The position numbers and the translations under genes were made by a program. Below, one piece after another: positions 56,700-64,000 of a DNA stretch of 64,000 nucleotides (the stretch's first letter is position 1; each line of letters begins with the position of its first letter). The DNA lies in NCBI GenBank assembly GCA_964472625.1, contig CAYYLM010000005.1:15576-79575 (forward strand). Direction: 5' to 3'. A model generated the notes under the pieces. The model saw only the letters and a program-made list of their open reading frames with translations. It did no database searches and was not told the origin of the DNA. The DNA comes from an uncultured Dehalococcoidales bacterium. GTDB taxonomy: Bacteria; Chloroflexota; Dehalococcoidia; Dehalococcoidales; UBA5760.

Positions 56700-57614
56700 C
56701 TACAGCCCGAAGGTGGACTTAAGAAAGTGGAGGATTTTTCGCTTAAGTAACGGGTACCACAGCCAGATAGTGGCATGGCCACCGGGGAACCAAGAGATAG
56801 CTGGCTTGCCACTTGCCTTCCAGAAGTCAAGCGTTGCCTCTCGGGGAATGACCTCATCCCAGCGGGCGTTTATCAGTAGCAGGGGGCGGTTACGGAGCAG
56901 GTGAGCGTAGGTCATAGCGTCAATGAGAAAACCTCTCTCCGGCGGGTTGACCGTCTCAATCCCCTTCTCGGCTACTTCATTGAGGTATCGGGAGTAGCGG
57001 TGCTGTTGGGTGGTGAATTCCGCTTTAGTGTGCCTAAATCCCCACCTTTTGGGTAGGGTCTTACTCATAAAGGCAATCTTTTCCAGATTGCCTCCGCTAG
57101 CTACCAGCACCCCGGCTCTAATCCGGCTATCTATCCCCATGGCGATTGCTGAGATGAAGCCGCCGAAGCTTATCCCGATGACCCCAATCTGCTCTTTATT
57201 TAGCTCGGCTCTGGTCTCGGCCCAGTCGATTACCTGGCGCACATCAATTACGGAGATTCGGTAGTTCTCAAACCACTCATCTGAGCTGAGGCGGCTCGGT
57301 CCGCTGGGGGGCATACGGCTGGAGTGCAGCACCAGGTACAGGATAAAGCAGGCTATTCCCCTTCTCACCAGAGACCGGGCCAGGAGTTTTAAGGGAATTA
57401 CGCTCCGGTCACCCAGCCCGTGAATTAGAATCGCTAGAGGCAGCTTACGGCCAGTTTTGGGTCTGAAGTATTCGCCCCAGACGGTGTTACTTTTCTCATA
57501 GTGGGTGGGGTGGGCCGTAGGAAAACTAACCGTATAACGCTGCCAGCTACGATTTTCCTTGGCTAGCTTAACGTTGAAACCTGGATTATCGGCCTGATAA
57601 CTATATAGATTCAT
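56700..57614 (-). CDS. Alpha/beta hydrolase (dienelactone-hydrolase/peptidase S9-like)
   Basis: 304 aa with the nucleophile elbow GISFGG, and downstream Asp and His (GGHATIW). Confidence 0.65.
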   Translation of the reverse strand: MNLYSYQADNPGFNVKLAKENRSWQRYTVSFPTAHPTHYEKSNTVWGEYFRPKTGRKLPLAILIHGLGDRSVIPLKLLARSLVRRGIACFILYLVLHSSRMPPSGPSRLSSDEWFENYRISVIDVRQVIDWAETRAELNKEQIGVIGISFGGFISAIAMGIDSRIRAGVLVASGGNLEKIAFMSKTLPKRWGFRHTKAEFTTQQHRYSRYLNEVAEKGIETVNPPERGFLIDAMTYAHLLRNRPLLLINARWDEVIPREATLDFWKASGKPAISWFPGGHATIWLWYPLLKRKILHFLKSTFGL

Positions 57615-57638
57615 TATTTATAAACCAGTAAGTAGCTG

Positions 57639-58487
57639 TCACGGCCTTTGCTGACGCTCCCGGTAGGCTCCGATGTAACGCCGGGCATAGGCGTCTTGGT
57701 TAAGGAGAAGGTCAGCGGCTAAAACCGCCGGGCGCACTTTGGCTACGTCCACAATGAGGCAGGTTACGCCGGTGGCAATAGCCATGGCCACCAAGTTGCT
57801 ATTGAGCAGATTGCGGTCAGGTAAGCCGAAGGAGATGTTACTTACGCCCAGTGTCAGGTTTACGCCCAGTTCAGCCTTAATACGCCCTATTGTTTCCAGG
57901 GTGACCAAGCCCGACCCGGGGTCGGCTGCCACCGCCAGAGCCAGGCAATCAATGATAATGTCCTCGGGGGGGATGCCCACCGCCCCGGCACGCTCGATAA
58001 TCTTGCGGGCGATGGCAAGTCGTCGCTCAGCGTCTTTGGGGACGCCCTGTTCGTCCTGCGCGAGACCGATAACCGCCGCCCCGTATTCCTTGACCAGGGG
58101 CAAAACCTTCTTTAGGGAGTGCTCTTCACCGGTTACCGAGTTAATGAGCGGCTTACCCTGGTAGACCTTAAGGGCTGCTTCCAGGGCCTCAGGATTGGGG
58201 CTATCAAGGCATAGTGGTACCTCGACTGTTTCCATTACCAGTTGCACTGCTTGGGGGAGCCGGCTTACCTCGTCAATCCCGACACTAGCGACATTAATAT
58301 CGATGATGTCCGCCCCGGCTTGAACCTGAGATAGGGCCTCCTCACGGACAATCTCCAGATCGCCGGCCCTGAGGGCTTCAGACATCCTTTTCTTACCCGT
58401 AGGGTTAATCCGTTCCCCAATAAGTACGGTGGGGTGGCCGTGACCAATGATTACCTCCCTGGTGGCACTTGAAACCCTAGTTTCCAT
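57639..58487 (-). CDS. Methyltetrahydrofolate:corrinoid methyltransferase (pterin-binding, AcsE/MeTr-like)
   Basis: 282 aa with IGERINPTGKK, ADIIDINV, LCLDSPNPEALEAAL, PLINSVTGE and GVSNISFGLP. Confidence 0.85.
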   Translation of the reverse strand: METRVSSATREVIIGHGHPTVLIGERINPTGKKRMSEALRAGDLEIVREEALSQVQAGADIIDINVASVGIDEVSRLPQAVQLVMETVEVPLCLDSPNPEALEAALKVYQGKPLINSVTGEEHSLKKVLPLVKEYGAAVIGLAQDEQGVPKDAERRLAIARKIIERAGAVGIPPEDIIIDCLALAVAADPGSGLVTLETIGRIKAELGVNLTLGVSNISFGLPDRNLLNSNLVAMAIATGVTCLIVDVAKVRPAVLAADLLLNQDAYARRYIGAYRERQQRP

Positions 58488-60337
58488 TAGCCAATCCCCT
58501 TTCTCTTCCCGTGTGCCAGTCGGTATTCCCCTAAGGAGCTTGCCTGGATGAAGGTGTGCCTGAAATCAGGGGCGCTGGCTAGTTCAATATAGTTGACTCT
58601 AGCAGCCACAGCTTGAGCACTAGCTCGCTGCTGGTGGGAAATAAGAGCCAGCTTGGCACCCATACCGGCCGCATTGCCTACCTGCCGGAAGTGGCCCAGA
58701 GGCAGCGAGGGCAGCAGACCAATAGTTATGGCGCTGGCCACATCGATGTAACTACCGAAGGCACCGGCGATTATTACCCGGGTGATTTCCGCTTCGGTGC
58801 GCTGGTTAGCCTCTAACAGTACCTGAATGCCGGTGCGGATGGCGGCCTTAGCCAGCTGTAACTGGCGCACGTCCTGCTGGGTGATGACGATAGCTGGCTT
58901 GCCTCCCCTTTCCTTCTCACTGACCAGGACGAACTCGCGTTGCTTCTGGCGGTGGCGCAGGCGGGGGTGGTTATCCATCATGTGGCCGTCTTCAGCGATG
59001 ATGCCAGCCAGGTGAAGTTGGGCAATAGCGTCCAGAATACCTGAGCCGCAGAGACCCACCGGTGGTGCCCCCTCAATGGTCTGATACTGGATGTCGTCAC
59101 CAGCAATGCGTAGCCGCTCGATAGCCCCGCGGGCCGCCCGCATTCCGTCCTTGATGTGACCACCCTCGAAGGCAGGGCCGGAGGCACAGGAAACGCTGCT
59201 TATCTGGCCGCCATCGATTAGGGAGACCTCGGTATTGGTTCCGATGTCTATGGCGAGTAGTATGCCCTCAGCCTGCCAAGCTGCGGTGGCCAGCAGCATA
59301 GCCACGTGGTCAGCGCCAACAAATCCGGCGATGTTGGGTAGTAGGTGAGCGTAGGCGCCGGGAGCCATCTTGAGTCCCAGGTCACGGGCCTTTAAGTCTA
59401 TTGCCTGGCTAGCGGCGGGCACGAAGGGAGAGCGGGCAAGTTGGGTTAGCGGCAGACCCAGTAATAGGTGGTGCATGGCGGTGTTACCGACGATTACGAC
59501 GTCCGTGATTTCAGCCACTCTAGCCTCAACTTGGGCGCATAGCTTGCTGGCTAGCTGGTTAATAGCCTTAGCGGCTAGCCTTTGCAGTCGCCTCCCTTCA
59601 GTCGCTGAGCTTAAAGCGTGGGTAATACGGCTGACGACGTCCTCGCCGTAGCCTATCTGGGGGTTCATCATGCCTTGAGCCGCCAGAATCCGACCCTGGC
59701 TCAGGTCAACTAGGTAGCCGGCAATCTTGGTGGTGCCCAGATCTATCGCTAGCCCTAGCTTATGGCTTGGCCAGGGGCCAATGGCTACTACCTCGTCGTC
59801 GCGAACCGTAACCTGACACTGCCACTCCCAAGAACGGAGCTGTGTCGAAAGCTGCCGCCGGACATCGATGTCAATAGTGCGGCAGGCTAGCTGGTGCTGC
59901 TGGTTCAGCGTCGCTAGCAGGCGCTCGCCATCTCCTCGCAGGTCTGATAGCGACGGGGCGGTTAGTTTCACTCGATAGGCGGTGACTACCGGCTCCGGTG
60001 GGACTGCTATCTCCAGTCCTTCTACCTGGGTGCGTTGGGGGGTGGTCATCGACTCGGTAGGCACACTCACCCTGACATTACTGGTGGGGTAGGTTTGACA
60101 GGCGAGGCGCCAGCCAGCCGCCAGTTCTTGAGGTGAAAAGACCTCCCGCTCAATAGCGGTGGCTTCTGAAACCGTACCGTCTAGGACTTTTACCCTGCAG
60201 GCATGGCAGGTCCCTCTACCGGCGCATAGGCTTACGATGTCGGCACCTACTTGGCGAGCACAGGTTAGCAGAGACTTGCCCACCCGGCACTCCCCTCGGC
60301 GACCGATCGGCACAAAATCAACGTTATAAGCTGTCAT
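58487..60337 (-). CDS. ASKHA-domain corrinoid reductive activase (RACo-like) with N-terminal plant-type [2Fe-2S] ferredoxin
   Basis: 616 aa with CAGRGTCHACRVKV and LACQT. The large C-terminal ASKHA/DUF4445-type region has LAIDLGTTKIAG, AIDIGTNTE and GPAFEGG. Its stop overlaps the downstream ATG (TAATG). Confidence 0.8.
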   Translation of the reverse strand: MTAYNVDFVPIGRRGECRVGKSLLTCARQVGADIVSLCAGRGTCHACRVKVLDGTVSEATAIEREVFSPQELAAGWRLACQTYPTSNVRVSVPTESMTTPQRTQVEGLEIAVPPEPVVTAYRVKLTAPSLSDLRGDGERLLATLNQQHQLACRTIDIDVRRQLSTQLRSWEWQCQVTVRDDEVVAIGPWPSHKLGLAIDLGTTKIAGYLVDLSQGRILAAQGMMNPQIGYGEDVVSRITHALSSATEGRRLQRLAAKAINQLASKLCAQVEARVAEITDVVIVGNTAMHHLLLGLPLTQLARSPFVPAASQAIDLKARDLGLKMAPGAYAHLLPNIAGFVGADHVAMLLATAAWQAEGILLAIDIGTNTEVSLIDGGQISSVSCASGPAFEGGHIKDGMRAARGAIERLRIAGDDIQYQTIEGAPPVGLCGSGILDAIAQLHLAGIIAEDGHMMDNHPRLRHRQKQREFVLVSEKERGGKPAIVITQQDVRQLQLAKAAIRTGIQVLLEANQRTEAEITRVIIAGAFGSYIDVASAITIGLLPSLPLGHFRQVGNAAGMGAKLALISHQQRASAQAVAARVNYIELASAPDFRHTFIQASSLGEYRLAHGKRKGIG

Positions 60338-60385
60338 CTGCCTCGTCTGACATTACAACACTATTTGCCCTTAGCGGCGTCTCTT

Positions 60386-61282
60386 TTATCCTGGTTGCCT
60401 GACCTCGACACCAGCGAGGCGCTCCAGAGCCTTAACCAGGACCTGAGTGCCGCTTCCGCCCTCACTGGAGTCTTGAAGCGAATAATAAAGCTGGTTTACG
60501 AAGCTCGTTACCGGCAGGGGTAGCTTCATCTCGGCGGCGGCTTCCATAACCAGTCTCAGGTCTTTCTGCACCAGGTCGACCATGAATCCAGGGCTGAAAT
60601 CCCTTTTGATAATGCGTGGGCCCAGATTAGCCAGCTGCCATGAGTCGGCGGCGCCACCCTTGACGGCGTCAATGGCTTTCTCTAGGTCGGCTCCTGACTT
60701 CTGGGCGAATACTAGTGCCTCAACCACTGCATTGAGAGTGCCCACCACCAGGATCTGGTTCATCAGTTTTACTGTCTGCCCCATGCCGTTACCACCGACG
60801 TGGACGATGTTCTTCCCCAGCACCCCAAAGATAGGTCGGCAGCGCTGAAATACTTCGCCGTCACCACCGACCATGATGGCTAAGGTCGCCTTGACGGCAC
60901 CGACGTCTCCCCCACTCACCGGGGCGTCCAGCATGCTGACCCCCTTTTCCTTAAGACGGGCGGCAATCTCCCGGGTTGCCTTGGGGGAGATGGTACTCAT
61001 GTCAATGACCACCGAGCCGGGTCTAGCGCCCTCGATAACGCCATCCTTACCCAGAATCACCGCTGCTACATCTTTCGTATCGGAGACTATGGTAATGACT
61101 ACCGGGCACTCCATAGCCAGTTCTTTCGGTGAGCTTGCCTTCCGAGCCCCTTCTTTGGCTATGGCTTCTGCCTTGGACGCCGTGCGGTTATAGGCGACGA
61201 CCTCAAAGCCGGCCTTGAGCAGGTTACGGGCCATGGGCATCCCCATGATGCCGAGGCCAATGAAGCCAACCTTTTCGGACAC
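60386..61282 (-). CDS. NAD(P)-dependent beta-hydroxyacid dehydrogenase (3-hydroxyisobutyrate / 2-hydroxy-3-oxopropionate reductase family)
   Basis: 298 aa with the Rossmann motif GFIGLGIMGMPMARNL, DAPVSGG and GNGMGQTVKLMNQ. Confidence 0.85.
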   Translation of the reverse strand: MSEKVGFIGLGIMGMPMARNLLKAGFEVVAYNRTASKAEAIAKEGARKASSPKELAMECPVVITIVSDTKDVAAVILGKDGVIEGARPGSVVIDMSTISPKATREIAARLKEKGVSMLDAPVSGGDVGAVKATLAIMVGGDGEVFQRCRPIFGVLGKNIVHVGGNGMGQTVKLMNQILVVGTLNAVVEALVFAQKSGADLEKAIDAVKGGAADSWQLANLGPRIIKRDFSPGFMVDLVQKDLRLVMEAAAEMKLPLPVTSFVNQLYYSLQDSSEGGSGTQVLVKALERLAGVEVRQPG

Positions 61283-61380
61283 AACTAAAACTCCTTCCCC
61301 CTTTTACTAGAGACAGGGCTTAAACGGCTGAGGGATACTCTAGCCATGACTCGAATATTTATTCCTTCGGATTTATCCCT

Positions 61381-62232
61381 TTATTTATATTCGTAGAATC
61401 CCTGACCTGTCTTGCGTCCCAGCTTACCGGTGGTAACCAGCTTCTTGAGCAGAACTGGGGGAATAAACCGTGAATCCTTGAGTTCTTGGTACATGGCATT
61501 GGTTATTAGAAGCAGGACATCAAGCCCGATAAAATCAGATAGTGCCAGTGGTCCTATCGGGTTATTTAATCCCAGCTTTACAGCGGTGTCAATGTCCTCT
61601 CTGGTGGCGATACCGGCTTCCAGCATGCGGATAGCGTCGAGCAGGTAAGGCACCAGCAGGCGGTTGCCAATGAAACCCGGAAGGTCTTGGACGATGATGA
61701 CCGTCTTTCCTAGGGATTCTGCGAAGCGTCGGCTAGTTTCCAGAGTTTCCGGACTGATGACGATGGTCTTGACAATTTCGAGTAGTTTCATCATTGGTGC
61801 CGGGTTCCAGAAGTGAAGCCCCACCACCTTGTCTGGTCGGCGGGAGGCTATGGCCATGTCAGTCACTGATAGGCAGGAGGTATTGGTTGCCAGGAGAGCA
61901 TGCTTGGGACATACCTTGTCCATCTCGGCAAATATCTGCTTCTTTAACTCTAGGTTCTCGTTAGCGGCTTCTATGACTAGGTCGCGGTCACCAAGGTCCT
62001 TGGTATTGGTCGTGCCCTTGATGCGGCTAAGGATAGCCTCCATCTCCTGCTGGGAAAACGCGCCCTTGGCTACCCTTCTGGTTAGTACCGAGTTAATTAG
62101 TGACAGCCCTTTATTTAAAAGCTCATCATTTATTTCCGCGACCATCACCTGGTAGCCCGATTGGGCGCACACCTGAGTAATGCCGCTACCCATGGTGCCA
62201 CAACCAATTACGCCTACCTTCTTGATCTCCAT
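61381..62232 (-). CDS. hbd: 3-hydroxyacyl-CoA (3-hydroxybutyryl-CoA) dehydrogenase
   Basis: 283 aa with VGVIGCGTMGSGI, TNTSCLSVT, HFWNPAPMMKLLEIV and PGFIGNRLL. Confidence 0.88.
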   Translation of the reverse strand: MEIKKVGVIGCGTMGSGITQVCAQSGYQVMVAEINDELLNKGLSLINSVLTRRVAKGAFSQQEMEAILSRIKGTTNTKDLGDRDLVIEAANENLELKKQIFAEMDKVCPKHALLATNTSCLSVTDMAIASRRPDKVVGLHFWNPAPMMKLLEIVKTIVISPETLETSRRFAESLGKTVIIVQDLPGFIGNRLLVPYLLDAIRMLEAGIATREDIDTAVKLGLNNPIGPLALSDFIGLDVLLLITNAMYQELKDSRFIPPVLLKKLVTTGKLGRKTGQGFYEYK

Positions 62233-62401
62233 AGTCTTCTCCTCTTAGTCTCACATTTTTGGTGTCACGAGCATTGATGTAACCTAGTAATAGCGCTGAA
62301 GGTAGCCGATTGTTTTCTTTAAGCCTCGCCAGCGTCTTTCTTGGTTTTTCTATTATAGCGGTTTTAATTTTGGGATTACAAAACAGAGTGAGCGTGGGGA
62401 C

Positions 62402-62422
62402 GGGGTAGCTAGCAAGCTCCCC
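62402..62422 (-). terminator. GC-rich hairpin about 45 nt downstream of the rpoD stop (weak terminator candidate)
   Basis: On the minus strand GGGGGAGCT-TGCT-AGCT(A)CCCC forms 8 bp with one bulge. No U-tract follows immediately (TGTTTTGT lies about 18 nt further on), so confidence is low. It is adjacent to a GAAGTCAG motif copy. Confidence 0.3.
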
Positions 62423-62465
62423 CATAGGGTCTGACTTCCGCATCCATACTACGAGCGGAGAGTTA

Positions 62466-63911
62466 TCACTCTAGGTAATCCTTCAATCTGCGGCTGCGGC
62501 TGGGATGGCGCAGTTTGCGGAGCGCCTTAGCTTCGATCTGGCGGATTCGCTCCCGGGTGACATTAAACTCCTTGCCCACTTCCTCAAGGGTGCGGCTTCG
62601 CCCATCCTCGAGCCCAAATCTGAGTTGCAGTACCCGCTGCTCGCGGGGCGTGAGGGTGGATAGCACATCATCGATTTGCTCCTTGAGTAGCTGCCGGGAG
62701 GCAGCGTCGGGGGGTGGCAGAGCATTACGGTCCTCAATGAAGTCGCCGAGGTGGCTGTCCTCCTCCTCACCTATGGGTGACTCTAGCGATATGGGTAGTT
62801 GAGCTACCTTGATTATCTCTCTTACCTTTTCTGGGGGGGTAGCCATCTCCTCACCGATTTCTTTGGGGGTAGGCTCTCGTCCCCGCTCTTGGGCTAGGCG
62901 GCGGCTTATTCTTAACAGCTTGTTGATGGTCTCAATCATGTGAACCGGGACACGAATGGTGCGGGCTTGGTCAGCAATAGCTCGAGTAATCGCTTGGCGA
63001 ATCCACCACGTGGCATAGGTACTGAATTTATACCCCCGGCGGTAGTCGAATTTCTCCACTGCTTTGATTAGCCCGATGTTTCCTTCTTGAATGAGGTCGA
63101 GTAGTGACATGCCCCGACCGACATGCTTCTTGGCTACGCTGACCACCAAACGTAGGTTGGCTTTAATAAGGTGGTCTTCGGAGGCTTCTGCCTCACGCTC
63201 TATTCTGTTCAGATGGGTATGAAGCTGCGTCTCATAACCCTCCATGGAGCTGCGAAAATCATCGCTGGCTACCCTTTTCTCCAGGTCGGCGAGGCAAACT
63301 CTATCCCCGATGGCATCAAGGACTTCCTCAGGGATGAGGCTGCTATTTAAAGAAAAATTGATAAGAAGTTGTTCTATTTCCGGTACCGCACTGCCTGTCT
63401 GGTAGGCAATAGTCTGGAGCAGTGGTTGGATTATTTCACCATCAATGCTGTCACGCAGTTCAGCGTTGGAGATCAGTTCCTTAAAGCCGGTGTCGGGTGG
63501 CAAATCAAGCTGTTCCAGCAGGAGTTGGATGGTAGTGGCATTCTGTGCTATCTCCTCGAGCAAGGTGAGTATGACCTCGGTTGCCGATGGGTGTCTTAAA
63601 TATCTCTGGAAGTAATCTTGCTTGATTTCGTCGATACGTTTACCCTCCGCGATCTTTCGAGATAGAAACTGCTCATCCTTGGCAGTGAGGAGGGACACCC
63701 TACCGATTTCGTGAAGGTAGATGCGAACCGGGTCATCGGCTATCTCGTGTTCCTCCAGCTGTGGTAGCGGTATTGCCAGCCCGGAGTTGTTCGTGCCACG
63801 GAGTTCACTGCTCACCTTCTCCGAGGTGGTTAGTTCTTCTTCCTCTTCATCATCATTATTATGATTTTCGGGTGAGAATTCCGGGGACTCTTCAGAGTTG
63901 TCCAGTTTCAT
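62466..63911 (-). CDS. rpoD: RNA polymerase primary sigma factor (sigma-70 family)
   Basis: 481 aa. It has an acidic N-terminus, region 1.2 ([11 protein letters not shown]), region 2 ([13 protein letters not shown]...[29 protein letters not shown]), region 3 and region 4 ([20 protein letters not shown]). Confidence 0.95.
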   Translation of the reverse strand: MKLDNSEESPEFSPENHNNDDEEEEELTTSEKVSSELRGTNNSGLAIPLPQLEEHEIADDPVRIYLHEIGRVSLLTAKDEQFLSRKIAEGKRIDEIKQDYFQRYLRHPSATEVILTLLEEIAQNATTIQLLLEQLDLPPDTGFKELISNAELRDSIDGEIIQPLLQTIAYQTGSAVPEIEQLLINFSLNSSLIPEEVLDAIGDRVCLADLEKRVASDDFRSSMEGYETQLHTHLNRIEREAEASEDHLIKANLRLVVSVAKKHVGRGMSLLDLIQEGNIGLIKAVEKFDYRRGYKFSTYATWWIRQAITRAIADQARTIRVPVHMIETINKLLRISRRLAQERGREPTPKEIGEEMATPPEKVREIIKVAQLPISLESPIGEEEDSHLGDFIEDRNALPPPDAASRQLLKEQIDDVLSTLTPREQRVLQLRFGLEDGRSRTLEEVGKEFNVTRERIRQIEAKALRKLRHPSRSRRLKDYLE

Positions 63912-64000
63912 TTCTTGGCTCCTTGGCTTTACGCCTCGTTTGCCTAAATACCTCCAGCAGTTGAGTGCTGGGTTCTATGCCCTCTGCTTTCAGTTTGGTC
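63892..64000 (-). CDS. 3' end of an upstream minus-strand ORF (possibly primase, given the common dnaG-rpoD linkage)
   Basis: The frame is open from the window edge (..[35 protein letters not shown]), and its stop overlaps the rpoD start region. It is too short to identify, so the dnaG suggestion rests on synteny only. Confidence 0.3.
   Translation of the reverse strand, partial: TKLKAEGIEPSTQLLEVFRQTRRKAKEPRNETGQL

Overview
This window looks like the replication-origin neighbourhood of an anaerobic bacterial chromosome. The gene content (Hdr/Flx-type Fe-S flavoproteins, a four-subunit 2-oxoacid:ferredoxin oxidoreductase, a corrinoid methyl-transfer/RACo pair, EtfAB) suggests a strict anaerobe, perhaps Chloroflexota/Dehalococcoidia-like, but the taxonomy is inference only. 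dnaA (26.5-27.8 kb) is flanked by AT-rich non-coding DNA. Around it sit gyrB, gyrA, recA-recX-rny-ymdB, obg, nadD, fmt, mazG, prfA-prmC, rpoD and two CCA-encoding tRNAs (Pro-CGG, Glu-UUC). I support about 60 CDS. No CRISPR array, transposase, integrase or rRNA was seen.

Observations most worth follow-up:
1. A translationally coupled six-gene operon (40.0-44.6 kb). It joins a double-cubane/2-hydroxyacyl-CoA-dehydratase-family reductase and its ATPase activator to Se/S-carrier-type proteins (DUF3343 fusion, YedF), a YjeF_C-like kinase-fold protein and a HIT nucleotidyltransferase. A roughly 240-nt structured leader with an intrinsic terminator, of no riboswitch class I recognise, precedes it.
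2. A 39-bp-period tandem repeat between the alpha and beta genes of the 2-oxoacid oxidoreductase. It re-duplicates the beta-subunit Shine-Dalgarno, start codon and first codons. It belongs to a dispersed intergenic motif family (AAACTGRCTTC) that also occurs beside dnaA.
3. A radical-SAM/SPASM gene coupled to a DUF1464 ASKHA-fold gene.
4. A TrmO + endonuclease-III-related fusion protein.
5. An AT-rich VapB45/VapC45-like toxin-antitoxin cassette between argC and gyrB.
6. A secreted-protein gene interrupted by a single in-frame TGA.

All calls rest on reading the ORF translations and the DNA by eye. No database search, folding or composition calculation was run.
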